Positions 11,746 to 22,470 of a stretch of DNA of 64,000 nucleotides are shown piece after piece. How positions within the stretch are numbered: position 1 is the first letter of the stretch; every line of letters begins with the position of its first letter. Position numbers and translations under genes: made by a program. The DNA comes from Escherichia coli. GTDB lineage: Bacteria; Pseudomonadota; Gammaproteobacteria; Enterobacterales; Enterobacteriaceae. A model generated the notes under the pieces. The model was not told where the DNA came from and ran no database searches. It saw only the letters and a list, made by a program, of their open reading frames with translations. Location: assembly GCF_002854065.1 (NCBI RefSeq), contig NZ_CP024147.1, one strand, 5' to 3'.

Positions 11746-13169
11746 AAAATTGCTGGAAGATCCTCGAAATAGAGGAAACGACTGACGTCGATATTATCCG
11801 CCGCGCTTATCTGGCGCTGTTACCGTCCTTTCATCCAGAAACCGATCCGCAGGGTTTTAAACAACTTCGTCAGGCGTATGAGGAGGCGCTACGGATTGCG
11901 CAGTCGCCTGCTAAATCTGTTTGGCAACCAGAAGAATATGAGGTAGCAGAACATGAAATTCTGCTCGCCTTTCGTGCGTTACTTGCCTCTGATAGCGAAC
12001 GTTTTCTGCCCTCCGCCTGGCAGCGATTCATTCAGCAATTAAATTATTGCTCGATGGAAGAGATTGATGAATTACGCTGGTCGCTGTGCACAATCGCCAT
12101 GAACACTGCCCATTTATCCTTCGAGTGCGTGGTGTTATTAGCAGAAAGATTGCGGTGGTTGCAGGAGGAAAACGTCGGGGAAATAGACGAAGAAGAACTG
12201 GAATCCTTTTTATATGCCATTGCGAAGGGGAATGTTTTTAACTTCCAGACCATTCTGCATCTGCCCGTTGCCGTGCAAAATGACACCATCGATTTTTACC
12301 AAATGTTCGCTCGGATTTGGTCATCGCATCCAGAATGGCTGACATTGTATTTAGCGCAACATCGCGCAGTGATTATCCCCGATGATGCAAAACTGCACAG
12401 AAATTTACTCCGCTGGTATAGCGCAGGTCGCCTGGGAATTCCCGAACTCCTGGATTACGCCCGGTCGTGGCGGGAAGCTGAACCTGATAATGAAGATGCG
12501 CGTTATTATGAATACGCGCAACGCGTCTATTGTGGAGAAGGCGAAAGCCTGCTGGCAGAACTTTGTGACTACTGGCACGAGTATCCCTCCACTCAGGCGG
12601 ATGCTTTAATGTTGCAATGGTGCCGTCAGCATCGAGTCGATTATTACCCATTAGTGGTGATGATGATTGAAGCTCGCGAACTGGTTAACGACCAGGGAAA
12701 ACCGCTACTTTATGTCCCCGGCGACAGCGCCCGTACGCGTTTTCATTTATACGAAATACTCAGCGATGAAAAACTCTCTGCGCTGGGGCGTTCACTGGTC
12801 GAGATGGTTTTGCACAAAGGACGTAAGCCGCGGATCTCACTCAAGCGTGATACAGAACATACCTTATGGCCATTATATCTAGTTGCCAAACAATTAGTGC
12901 AGGCCAGCCAACCTACAGAAGAATCATTAATGCCGATTGTAAGCCGTCTTGATGCAGAAGATCGTTGTCCACTGGAAGCATTAATTATTCGTCGATTATT
13001 AATTCAGGCGGCGAATTTTACCGAGAAGCAGACTGTTGAACCGGAGCCGCAACCGCAGCCAATGCCCGTTGCCGATGGTGGGCCAGGCTGTCTGGGCATC
13101 ATTAAAATTATTTTCTATATTTTTATCTTTGCTGGTTTGATAGGGAAAATACTCCATCTGTTCGGGTGA
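11742..13169 (+). CDS. djlB: Tail-anchored J-domain-like co-chaperone DjlB
   Basis: 475-aa ORF; N-terminal J-like domain with HPETDPQG in place of HPD, C-terminal hydrophobic anchor ([19 protein letters not shown]); paralogue of DjlC. Confidence 0.85.
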   Translation: MKNCWKILEIEETTDVDIIRRAYLALLPSFHPETDPQGFKQLRQAYEEALRIAQSPAKSVWQPEEYEVAEHEILLAFRALLASDSERFLPSAWQRFIQQLNYCSMEEIDELRWSLCTIAMNTAHLSFECVVLLAERLRWLQEENVGEIDEEELESFLYAIAKGNVFNFQTILHLPVAVQNDTIDFYQMFARIWSSHPEWLTLYLAQHRAVIIPDDAKLHRNLLRWYSAGRLGIPELLDYARSWREAEPDNEDARYYEYAQRVYCGEGESLLAELCDYWHEYPSTQADALMLQWCRQHRVDYYPLVVMMIEARELVNDQGKPLLYVPGDSARTRFHLYEILSDEKLSALGRSLVEMVLHKGRKPRISLKRDTEHTLWPLYLVAKQLVQASQPTEESLMPIVSRLDAEDRCPLEALIIRRLLIQAANFTEKQTVEPEPQPQPMPVADGGPGCLGIIKIIFYIFIFAGLIGKILHLFG

Positions 13170-13178
13170 CAGTCGACG

Positions 13179-13733
13179 TTAATGTGCGGGAAGCCCGGCA
13201 AGTAATCTTTCCGCATTTTTGTAATGTTGTTTGGCGGCCAGTTTTAACCATTTTTGAGATTCATAATGGTTAACATTAATACCTGAGCCATTTCTGTAGA
13301 TCAAACCTAAAGTATATTGAGCATGAGCATACCCTTGTTCAGCTGCTTCCTTATACCAGAGAATTGCTTTACGGGTGTCGGGTTTGACCCCCAGACCTTT
13401 GAGGTAGATCCACCCCAGTTTACTTTGCGCGCGTGGATTTTCCTGTTCCGCTGATTGCTCATACCAGTATCTCGCCTGTGTATAATCCAGTGGTTTACCG
13501 TCGCTACCATGAAGATAAAATTCTCCAAGGCGATATTGCGACGTTGAGTGACCATGAATCGCGGAAAGCTCCGTGGCTGCCGTGGTGAATGGAAGACTGC
13601 CCGGTGAGCTTAAATAATCAAAGGCATAATTCACCATGGCTTTATCACGCAACGTCGTTTTCTTGGGTTGGCTAATACAGGTAATTGCTGCAACTATAAA
13701 AATTGCGAATATATACATTAATTTTTTATTCAT
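13179..13733 (-). CDS. ybeT: Sel1-repeat protein with signal peptide
   Basis: 184-aa ORF; N-terminal hydrophobic signal-like segment then Sel1-type repeats. Confidence 0.82.
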
Positions 13734-13834
13734 GTGTGAATGCTTCGATTTTCTTTTTATTTTGAAAGCGTCAAGTTTATACTCATCAATAATAAAAAAG
13801 TAGTCAGTTAATGCACTTAAGGGATTATTAACAA

Positions 13835-14542
13835 ATGAATAAGGAAGAACAATATTTTCTTTTTGCGCTTTCTGCGCCCATGGAAATACTTAATCAGGGT
13901 TGCAAACCCGCGCATGACTCGCCAAAAATGTATACCGGGATAAAAGAATTCGATCTCTCATCATCCTGGGGAATAAATAATCGTGATGATTTAATTCAGA
14001 CTATTTATCAGATGACTGATGATGGTCATGCTAATGATTTAGCTGGCTTATATCTGACATGGCATCGCTCTTCCCCTGAAGAGTGGAAAGCATTAATTGC
14101 TGGTGGCTCGGAGAGAGGGTTGATTTATACCCAATTCGTTGCCCAAACCGCTATGTGCTGTGGAGAAGGGGGAATCAAAGCTTGGGATTATGTTCGAATG
14201 GGGTTTCTGTCACGGGTCGGTGTGCTCAACAAGTGGCTGACGGAAGACGAGAGTTTATGGCTGCAATCGCGCGTCTATGTACGAGCTCACCATTACTATC
14301 ACAGCTGGATGCACTATTTTTCTGCCTATTCACTAGGGCGTCTCTACTGGCAATCTTCTCAGTGCGAAGACAACACTTCGCTACGCGAGGCGCTAACCCT
14401 GTACAAATACGATAGCGCCGGGAGTCGTATGTTCGAAGAACTGGCAGCGGGAAGCGATCGTTTCTATGCCACGCTTCCCTGGCAGCCATTAACTGTCCAG
14501 CCTGAATGCCCGGTAACGCTTAAGGATGTGAGCGACCTATGA
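13835..14542 (+). CDS. ybeU: DUF1266 family protein
   Basis: 235-aa paralogue of YbeR; stop overlaps djlC start. Confidence 0.85.
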
Positions 14543-15990
14543 AAACATGTTGGCAAATCCTCGAAATTGAAAGCACGACGCAAATAGACATTATCCGCCA
14601 GGCTTATCTTGCTCGCTTACCGTTATGTCATCCCGAAACCGATCCGCAGGGGTTTAAAGCATTACGCCAGGCCTATGAAGAGGCCCTGCGACTGGCGGTA
14701 AATCCTGTCGAGGAAGCAGATGATGAAGAAAAAGATGCCGCCGCTGAACATGAAATACTACGTGCATTCAGGACATTACTGGATTCAGAAAGTGATCGTT
14801 TTCAGCCTTCCGCCTGGCAGAAATTTATTCAGCAATTAAATACCTGGAACATGGAGGATGTCGATCAATTACGCTGGCCGCTGTGTGCAATCGCTATAGA
14901 AGCGCGATATCTTTCATTAAATTGTGCTTCTTTGCTGGCAGAGCGTTTGAACTGGCATTCGTTTAATGACAGCGAAGGAATAGATGAGGAAGAAAGGGAG
15001 GCTTTTCTTGAGGCCATTCAGGCTGGTGATTGTTTCGATTTCCTTAGCCTTCTGGAATATCCCATTGCGTTGCAGAACCAGACTGTTGAATATTACTTCG
15101 CGCTGGAACGTTGCTGTCGTTACCATCCTGACTATGTCACTGCGTTTTTGGCGATGGCAGGTCCGTGGTTAATTCCTGATGATGCGAAGTTGCATCGCAA
15201 ACTGTTGCGCTGGTACTGCTCGGTGCAAACAGGTATGGCGGAACTCATTCCTGTTGCCCAACAGTGGCAAACGGAAGAACCAGAAAGCGAAGATGCCCGG
15301 TATTACCAGTGTGCACAACGTTTGTACTGCGGCGAGGGGGAAAGCCTGCTTGCCGATCTCTGCGCGTACTGGGGAAGTTACCCATCTACACAAGCCGATA
15401 ATTTGTTGTTGCAGTGGAGCGCACAACATTGCCCGGATTATTTCGCGTTATTAGTGATGGTTATCGAAGCGCGGAGCATGGTAGATGCGCAAGGTAAACC
15501 GTTGAAATATGTTCCTGGTGAGAGCGCCCGGACGCGTCTGTTATGGGCGGAAATTTTACATAGCGGAAAACTATCGCCGTTAGGTCAATCGTTTATTGAG
15601 TCGCTATTCTTCAAACGCAAAGCATGGGCGTGGTGGAAATCGAGAGTCGGTAGCGAGACAGAAGAAGATTCACCGTTACTGGATTTGTATCGGGTAGCGG
15701 AACAGGTAGTACTTGAAGCGTTTCCGAAACAAGAGATGCTGGCCCGTCTTAATACAAGGCTGGAAGGCGGAGATGCTCATCCATTAGAGGCCATTATCAC
15801 CCGGATGCTGTTGACGAAAGTAAAACTCGAGCCGGAGGATGAAGATGTCGATGAGCCAACACCTGAAAACCATGAAGAAAAAAATGATGAGGATGAAAAA
15901 CCACAGAGCATTACCAGCATTATCAAAATCAGCTTAACGGTGCTGGTGATAGGTTATGCTCTCGGCAAAATCGCGATGTTGTTTAGTTGA
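14539..15990 (+). CDS. djlC: Tail-anchored J-domain-like co-chaperone DjlC
   Basis: 483-aa ORF; N-terminal J-like domain ([22 protein letters not shown]), acidic linker, C-terminal membrane anchor. Confidence 0.85.
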   Translation: MKTCWQILEIESTTQIDIIRQAYLARLPLCHPETDPQGFKALRQAYEEALRLAVNPVEEADDEEKDAAAEHEILRAFRTLLDSESDRFQPSAWQKFIQQLNTWNMEDVDQLRWPLCAIAIEARYLSLNCASLLAERLNWHSFNDSEGIDEEEREAFLEAIQAGDCFDFLSLLEYPIALQNQTVEYYFALERCCRYHPDYVTAFLAMAGPWLIPDDAKLHRKLLRWYCSVQTGMAELIPVAQQWQTEEPESEDARYYQCAQRLYCGEGESLLADLCAYWGSYPSTQADNLLLQWSAQHCPDYFALLVMVIEARSMVDAQGKPLKYVPGESARTRLLWAEILHSGKLSPLGQSFIESLFFKRKAWAWWKSRVGSETEEDSPLLDLYRVAEQVVLEAFPKQEMLARLNTRLEGGDAHPLEAIITRMLLTKVKLEPEDEDVDEPTPENHEEKNDEDEKPQSITSIIKISLTVLVIGYALGKIAMLFS

Positions 15991-16003
15991 CGATGTGTTT
16001 TTT

Positions 16004-16046
16004 GCGCCGATGCCGGATGCAGCATTTACGCCGCATCCGGCAGCCG
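16004..16046. repeat. REP (repetitive extragenic palindrome) between convergent djlC and hscC
   Basis: gccggatgc...gccgcatccggc palindrome typical of enterobacterial REP units. Confidence 0.7.
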
Positions 16047-16049
16047 TGA

Positions 16050-17720
16050 TTATGGGATCTCAATGGCTAAATAAACGCTCGCCCGCCGCCTGACCTCATC
16101 GACGCGGGCCATATCGTTTGACTGCAGCGCCGCATCAAAATCGGTGATCACCCGGCCAATCTCTTCTCGCTCGTCACCCAGCGCCCGCGCCCACAACTCT
16201 TCCAGTTTGGCTTTAAAGGTACGATTGATGAGCATATCGCGCGGATAAATTTTCAATGCGGATAACCGCGTCCGACTCTCTTCAATCTGCTGCGCGCTCA
16301 ATGTTACCGGGCTGTGGTTAATCACTCTGGACTTAACGCTGCCGTCTTCCAGAAGCACGTCAACTTCAAGCAAGCCGTTGATATCATAACTAAAGCGAAT
16401 ATCAATCGACTGATAAGCTCCGGTTTTCTTCAACGGCACATCGAAGGATTCCACCAGAATGTTATTTTTAACTTTGTGGTTTTCTCCCTGATAGACGTTA
16501 ACCGTAATAGAATCCTGTTCCGGGTGCATGGTCGAGTAAGTTTCTACACGCGACACCGGTACTGTGGTGTTTCGTTCAATAATCGGCGAGAAAATGCCGG
16601 AAACGCCCTGGCGGTTAACTTCAACGCCCAACGAGTAAGGGCAAATATCAGTGAGGATCACTTCTTCAATATCTTCACTGCGTAAGCGGCAGGCGGCCTG
16701 GATTGCTGCGCCCAGCGCGACAATGGTGCTCGGATCGTAACTTTGATACGGTAATTTGCCAAACAGACGCACGGCGATTCGCTGCACCAGCGGCATTTGT
16801 GACGCGCCGCCAACCAGCACCAGACTGTCGATCTGACTCGGCTTCAGACGCGCATCGCGCAATGCCTGTTCAATCGGCACTCGCAAGCGGTTAAGCAGAG
16901 GCAACCACAAATCTTCCAGTTCGTTCTCGTAAAATTCGCACTCCAGCGTTTCTTCCTGGTACTGCCAGCGAATGTGCATTGGCAATTGATTGCTACATTT
17001 TGCCGCTTCCACACAGGCGTACAGGGCAGCCAGTTCGCTCTCGTTAAGGGCTGTTTTGGCGACTTCCGCGCGTTTTAAAACTTCATCGACCAGCATATGA
17101 GTAAAATCTTCGCCACCGAGGAAGTTATCGCCCGCTGAGGCGTGAACTTCAATCACCGGCGTGGCGTACTCAAGCACCGTAACGTCAAACGTGCCGCCAC
17201 CGAGATCAAATACCAGCGAGCGGGTGTTTTGTTGGGTATGCAGGCCATACGCCATCGCAGCTGCCGTTGGCTCATTAATCAGGCGAACTGCATTTAAACC
17301 GGCTAACTCCGCTGCTAAACGGGTATGCTTGCGTTGTTCATCGCTGAAATAAGCCGGAACAGAGATCACCACATCTTTAATCGGACGTTGCAGAAATTCT
17401 TCGGCATCTTCTTTTAATGAACGTAATACCAAAGAGGACAGTTCTGGCGCGTTAAATGTGTCGCTGCCTAACCGCCAGTTGGTATTACTGCCCATTGCAC
17501 GTTTAAATAACGCTGCCGTTTTATCCGGATGCGAAGTACGCCGTGATACAGCCGGTTTTCCGACTAAAATATGATTATTTTCATCCATGCTAATTATGGA
17601 TGGTGTTAAATATTCACCGAACTTATTTGGAATTAATTGCGCGGCACCGTCTTTCCAGACGGCAATTAAACTATTGGTAGTACCGAGATCGATACCAATG
17701 GCGAGTTCTGCATTATCCAT
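16050..17720 (-). CDS. hscC: Hsp70-family chaperone HscC (Hsc62)
   Basis: 556-aa ORF with Hsp70 ATPase signatures (IGIDLGTTNS; DLGGGTFD). Confidence 0.92.
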   Translation of the reverse strand: MDNAELAIGIDLGTTNSLIAVWKDGAAQLIPNKFGEYLTPSIISMDENNHILVGKPAVSRRTSHPDKTAALFKRAMGSNTNWRLGSDTFNAPELSSLVLRSLKEDAEEFLQRPIKDVVISVPAYFSDEQRKHTRLAAELAGLNAVRLINEPTAAAMAYGLHTQQNTRSLVFDLGGGTFDVTVLEYATPVIEVHASAGDNFLGGEDFTHMLVDEVLKRAEVAKTALNESELAALYACVEAAKCSNQLPMHIRWQYQEETLECEFYENELEDLWLPLLNRLRVPIEQALRDARLKPSQIDSLVLVGGASQMPLVQRIAVRLFGKLPYQSYDPSTIVALGAAIQAACRLRSEDIEEVILTDICPYSLGVEVNRQGVSGIFSPIIERNTTVPVSRVETYSTMHPEQDSITVNVYQGENHKVKNNILVESFDVPLKKTGAYQSIDIRFSYDINGLLEVDVLLEDGSVKSRVINHSPVTLSAQQIEESRTRLSALKIYPRDMLINRTFKAKLEELWARALGDEREEIGRVITDFDAALQSNDMARVDEVRRRASVYLAIEIP

Positions 17721-17803
17721 TGCATTTATATCTTGAAAGAAAAAGAGATAAACAGATTAAGACCACCCAGGTAACGCGTGGTGATCTTAATCAATGACGT
17801 GTG

Positions 17804-18739
17804 TTAAGCGTAAAATTTCAGACGATCGGCCAGTAAATCAACAAAGCTCTGACGATCAACATCGACCATTACAGTGGCATTCGGTTTATTGCCAGTCAGA
17901 TAATAATAATCAACAACCGTCATCCCCTGGGTATATTTCCCCTGTGTTTCCACGCCAACCCAGCGCTCAACAGTGGTAAACAACTCGGGTTTCAACAGCC
18001 AGGCGATGGTGCATGGGTCATGCAGCGGTGCGCCGACAAAGCCCCATTTTTCGTCTTTATGATATTCGAGGAAGAAATCCAGCAGTTCGGCAACAATGGT
18101 TGAAACAGGGTTGCCAATCGCGCGGAAACGCTCGGTGTCCTCACCGTGAATTTGTGCTTTGTGAGTAACATCCAGACCGGCCATCACCACCGGGATCCCT
18201 GACTGGAAGACAATTTCTGCCGCTTCCGGGTCAACGTAAATATTAAATTCAGCCGCAGGCGTCCAGTTACCCAGCCCCATAGCGCCACCCATAATCACGA
18301 TACGGGCAATTTTGCTATGCAGTTCCGGATGGCTATTGAGCAGCAAGGCAACGTTAGTTTGCGGTCCGGTAGAAACAATGGTGACAGGTTCCGCACTTTC
18401 ACGCAGCGTTTTCGCCATTAGCTCTACCGCCGTACAGTTTTGCGGTGCGAACGCCGGTTCCGGTAATGCCGGGCCGTCGAGACCGCTTTCGCCGTGCACA
18501 TTGTCCGCGATAATCAACTCACGCATTAACGGTTTTACCGCGCCGCCTGCTACCGGAATATCGGTGCGATTAAGCAAGGTCAGCATACGCAGAACATTGC
18601 GTAAGGTTTTTTCTGGTGTCTGGTTTCCGGCGGAAGACGTAATTGCTTTGACATCAAGCTCTGGTGAGGCGAGGGCGAGAACTATTGCGATAGCGTCGTC
18701 ATGACCTGGGTCGCAATCTAACAGAATTGGCAGTGCCAT
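17804..18739 (-). CDS. rihA: Pyrimidine-specific ribonucleoside hydrolase
   Basis: Nucleoside hydrolase motif DCDPGHDD near the N-terminus; start set at [10 protein letters not shown] (311 aa); the ORF track extends 11 codons upstream. Confidence 0.9.
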   Translation of the reverse strand: MALPILLDCDPGHDDAIAIVLALASPELDVKAITSSAGNQTPEKTLRNVLRMLTLLNRTDIPVAGGAVKPLMRELIIADNVHGESGLDGPALPEPAFAPQNCTAVELMAKTLRESAEPVTIVSTGPQTNVALLLNSHPELHSKIARIVIMGGAMGLGNWTPAAEFNIYVDPEAAEIVFQSGIPVVMAGLDVTHKAQIHGEDTERFRAIGNPVSTIVAELLDFFLEYHKDEKWGFVGAPLHDPCTIAWLLKPELFTTVERWVGVETQGKYTQGMTVVDYYYLTGNKPNATVMVDVDRQSFVDLLADRLKFYA

Positions 18740-18856
18740 TGTTGCTCCTTGTTGTGTGCTTCTTTGCGACAAGGGTAACGCCAGGATGTAACAGATACGA
18801 GGGGCGAAACGATAAAGCGTGAGATGGCGCGCAATTGGGTATGCGCGCCAGAGTGA

Positions 18857-19582
18857 TTAATGCAGGATTTTCGCGAGGAAGTCTTTTGCGCGGTCCGATT
18901 TCGGATCATCGAAGAACGCATCTTTCGGCGAGTCTTCAACAATTTTACCCTCATCCATAAAGATCACCCGATTCGCCACTTTACGGGCAAAGCCCATTTC
19001 GTGGGTCACCACCATCATGGTCATCCCCTCGTTCGCCAGTTCCACCATCACGTCCAGCACTTCGTTGATCATCTCCGGGTCTAGTGCCGATGTGGGTTCG
19101 TCGAACAGCATCGCAATAGGATCCATACACAATGCGCGAGCAATTGCCACACGCTGCTGCTGGCCGCCGGAAAGCTGCGCCGGAAATTTATTGGCATGTG
19201 CGGAAAGTCCCACGCGCTCCAGCAATTTCAATGCTTTTTCACGAGCCGGTGCTTTATCGCGTTTAAGCACTTTCACCTGCGCTAGGGTCAGGTTTTCGAT
19301 AATCGACAGATGAGGGAACAGCTCGAAATGTTGGAATACCATCCCGACGCGAGAACGCAGCTTTGCCAGATCGGTTTTCTTGTCGTTAACCACGATACCA
19401 TCGACGGTGATTTCACCTTGCTGCACTGGTTCGAGGCCGTTGACGGTTTTAATCAGCGTTGATTTGCCGGAACCAGACGGGCCGCAAACCACCACCACTT
19501 CGCCTTTTTTCACTTCGGTTGAGCAGTCGGTCAGCACCTGAAAGTGACCATACCATTTTGAAACATTTTTCAGGGTAATCAT
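18857..19582 (-). CDS. gltL: Glutamate/aspartate ABC transporter ATP-binding protein
   Basis: Walker A (GPSGSGKST), ABC signature (LSGGQQQR), Walker B ([10 protein letters not shown]). Confidence 0.93.
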   Translation of the reverse strand: MITLKNVSKWYGHFQVLTDCSTEVKKGEVVVVCGPSGSGKSTLIKTVNGLEPVQQGEITVDGIVVNDKKTDLAKLRSRVGMVFQHFELFPHLSIIENLTLAQVKVLKRDKAPAREKALKLLERVGLSAHANKFPAQLSGGQQQRVAIARALCMDPIAMLFDEPTSALDPEMINEVLDVMVELANEGMTMMVVTHEMGFARKVANRVIFMDEGKIVEDSPKDAFFDDPKSDRAKDFLAKILH

Positions 19583-20256
19583 TATGCTGTCCTTCTTTTC
19601 AAGTAGCTGACCAACAACGACGCGCTAAGGCTAATAACGAAATAAACAAATCCGGCAAACAGGATCATCTCAACCTGCGTACCATCACGCTCACCAATGG
19701 TTGAGGCGGTACGGAAGAAATCGGCCAGAGATAACACATACACCAGCGAGGTATCCTGGAACAGTACGATGCCCTGAGTGAGCAGCAGCGGCACCATCGC
19801 GCGGAACGCCTGCGGCAGAATAATCAGTTTCATCGACTGCCAGTGAGTCATTCCCAACGCCAGCGCGGCGCTAGACTGACCACGAGAAATACTTTGAATA
19901 CCAGCACGGATAATCTCTGAATAGTAGGCCGCTTCAAACATCGAAAACGCCACCATCGCCGAAATTAAACGGATATCATTTTTTGGCGATAATCCCAGCA
20001 CGTTTTGCAGAAAACCCGGCACGATCAGGTAAAACCACAGCAAAACCATAACTAAAGGAATCGAGCGGAATACGTTAACGTAGGCTTTGGCAAACCACGC
20101 TACGGGCGCAAAGCTGGACAAGCGCATCACCGCCAGCATGGTGCCCCACAAAATACCAATCACGACTGCCGTGACGGTGATTTTCAGCGTGATCACTAGC
20201 CCGTCGAGCAGATATGGCAGGGAAGGGACAATGGAACTCCAGTCAAACTCGTACAT
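19582..20256 (-). CDS. gltK: Glutamate/aspartate ABC transporter permease
   Basis: 224-aa polytopic membrane ORF, overlapping start/stop with gltL and gltJ. Confidence 0.9.
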
Positions 20257-20996
20257 TATTTGCCCCCCATGTTGCCAGGCAGGCGAACTTTACGTTCAAC
20301 CAGCGTCATCACCAGCATGATAACCGCGTTAATCAACACATACGCTAGCGTAATGGCGGTAAACGACTCCCAGGCGTGAGCCGAGTAGTCGAGCAATTTA
20401 CCCGCCTGCGCTGCCATATCTACCAGACCGATGGTCGAGGCGATGGCGGAGTTTTTCACCAGGTTCATCATCTCTGAGGTCATCGGCGGGACGATAACGC
20501 GATAAGCATTAGGCAGCAGTACGTAGCGGTAAGCCTGCGGCAGCGTCAGACCCATCGCCAGCGCGGCATTCTTCTGCCCGCGCGGCAGCGACTGAATCGC
20601 GGCGCGTACCTGTTCGCAAACGCGAGCCGCAGTAAACAGCCCCAGGCAGAGCATGGAGGAGAGGAAAAACTGAATATTTGGGTCCAGTTCCGCCTTAAAC
20701 CACATGCCGATTTTTTCCGGCAGCAGCTCCGGGATCACCAGATACCAGGTAAAGAACTGCACAATCAACGGCACGTTGCGGAACAGTTCGACATACAACG
20801 TACCCAGACCGGAGAGAAAACGGTTTGGAACGGTACGTAAAATGCCGAAAAATGAACCGACGAGGAAAGCGATAATCCAGGCGCAGATCGACAAAGCGAT
20901 CGTCACCTGAAAACCACTCCAGATCCAACCAAGATAGGTGGTGTTGCCGAACGGAGCTTGTTGTAAAAAAATACCCCAGTTCCAGTCTATAGACAT
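20256..20996 (-). CDS. gltJ: Glutamate/aspartate ABC transporter permease
   Basis: 246-aa polytopic membrane ORF in gltIJKL order. Confidence 0.9.
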
Positions 20997-21005
20997 AAAT
21001 CTACT

Positions 21006-21165
21006 CCAGAAAAAAGAGGGTAGCAGCGTTAACTGCTACCCTCGAAGATTGTTACCCAGCGTATTGCGGTTTTCAGGCCCGATGGGGAACGACCATCAGG
21101 CGTATAGTCTGTCCGTGCTACGTAACAATTGAGAGGGCTGGAATTTCCGCCCCTGGTTCTTGTAA
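21006..21165 (-). ncRNA. sroC: Probable SroC sRNA (gltI 3'UTR / gltI-gltJ spacer fragment), ending in an intrinsic terminator
   Basis: 169-bp non-coding spacer between gltI stop and gltJ start, where E. coli SroC is described; contains hairpin gagggtagcag-cgttaa-ctgctaccctc (21016-21043) followed on the minus strand by TTTTTTCT. Confidence 0.45.
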
Positions 21166-22074
21166 TTAGTTCAGTGCCTTGTCATTCGGTTCTTTGAACA
21201 GTGCTTTCATTTCGTCTGACAGTTCGAAATTCATGTTCAGGTTTTTCGGCGGAATTGGATTTTTGAACCATTTATCAAACCATTTTTCCGCTTCACCGGA
21301 GGTCTGCACCTGAGCGATGGTGTCATCCATCAGCTTTTTGAACTGCGGATCGTCTTTACGCAACATGCAACCGTAGGCTTCCTGAGACTGCGGCTTGCCG
21401 ACGATATCCCAGTTGTCTGGTTTCTTCGCTTTCGCACGTTCACCGGCCAGCAGGGCATCATCCATCATAAAGGCAACGGCACGACCGCTTTCCAGGGTGC
21501 GGAAAGAGTCACCGTGATCTTTGGCGCTGATGATGCGCATATTCATTTTTTGCTCTTCATTCAGTTTGTTGAGCAAAACTTCAGAGGTAGTGCCGGAAGT
21601 GACGACTACGGCTTTGCCTTTCAGGTCGGCAAAATCTTTGATATCGCCGCCCTTTTTGGTCAACAGGCGCGTACCGACCACGAAAATAGTGTCAGAGAAA
21701 GCCGCCTGTTTTTGGCGTTCGACGTTGTTGGTGGTAGAACCACATTCAAAATCGAAAGTGCCGTTTTGCAGAAGAGGAATACGGTTTTGTGAGGTGATCG
21801 GAATCAGTTTCACCTGCAAGTCCGGTTTGTTGAGTTTCTTTTTCACTGCTTCAACAATGGCGTTGGAGTAATCCTGCGAATAACCCACCACTTTTTGCTG
21901 ATTGTCGTAATAAGAGAAAGGTACTGAAGATTCACGGTGACCGACGACAATCACGCCGTTTTTGGCGATTTTGTCCAGCGTACTGCCCGCTGCCGGGGCG
22001 GCGTCATCTGCCTGTGCCAGTCCTGCGGAAAGCGCAAGGGCCAGGATTGCTGTGGCAGGTTTACGTAATTGCAT
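21166..22074 (-). CDS. gltI: Glutamate/aspartate periplasmic binding protein
   Basis: Start set at MQLRKPATAILALALSAGLAQA (signal peptide; 302 aa); the ORF track extends 25 codons upstream. Confidence 0.9.
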   Translation of the reverse strand: MQLRKPATAILALALSAGLAQADDAAPAAGSTLDKIAKNGVIVVGHRESSVPFSYYDNQQKVVGYSQDYSNAIVEAVKKKLNKPDLQVKLIPITSQNRIPLLQNGTFDFECGSTTNNVERQKQAAFSDTIFVVGTRLLTKKGGDIKDFADLKGKAVVVTSGTTSEVLLNKLNEEQKMNMRIISAKDHGDSFRTLESGRAVAFMMDDALLAGERAKAKKPDNWDIVGKPQSQEAYGCMLRKDDPQFKKLMDDTIAQVQTSGEAEKWFDKWFKNPIPPKNLNMNFELSDEMKALFKEPNDKALN

Positions 22075-22392
22075 ATCCAACTCCTTTATCTTCTGCGTTA
22101 AGAACGCATGGATACCCGTTGTGAGTGTTTGTGTTGTTATCGTCTGCAACTTTATTGTGCAGTGTTGTGACTGTTAGGTAACATTTAGTTTGGGTAAATG
22201 TAAAGATATTGATGTTTTATTGTTTGTTTTTGCGAGGTGCACCGCACCATTCCGAAGCAAAATTCTTAAAATGCACTCTTTTGGTGCTACCGGTGGATTG
22301 CTGTGGTGCAACCGGGTTGTACTGATGCTGGTTAAAGCTTTGCCTGGTATAACAAAGCAATAGATGTGCCAAAGTTGGATAGGAGAATATTG

Positions 22393-22434
22393 TTATCCGG
22401 ATAATGCACTGATGCCGCATCCGGTGAGCGTGCC
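22393..22434. repeat. REP-like palindromic element between lnt and gltI
   Basis: tccggataa ... gatgccgcatccggtg resembles REP consensus. Confidence 0.4.
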
Positions 22435-22470
22435 GAAATATGGGATGTATTCCGGCACGATAAGAAGGGA

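Noticed and set aside
9897-17720. Possibility that the ybeQ-hscC island is an integrated mobile element
   Set aside because: No integrase, transposase, flanking direct repeats or tRNA attachment site seen; only the atypical composition suggests old horizontal origin.
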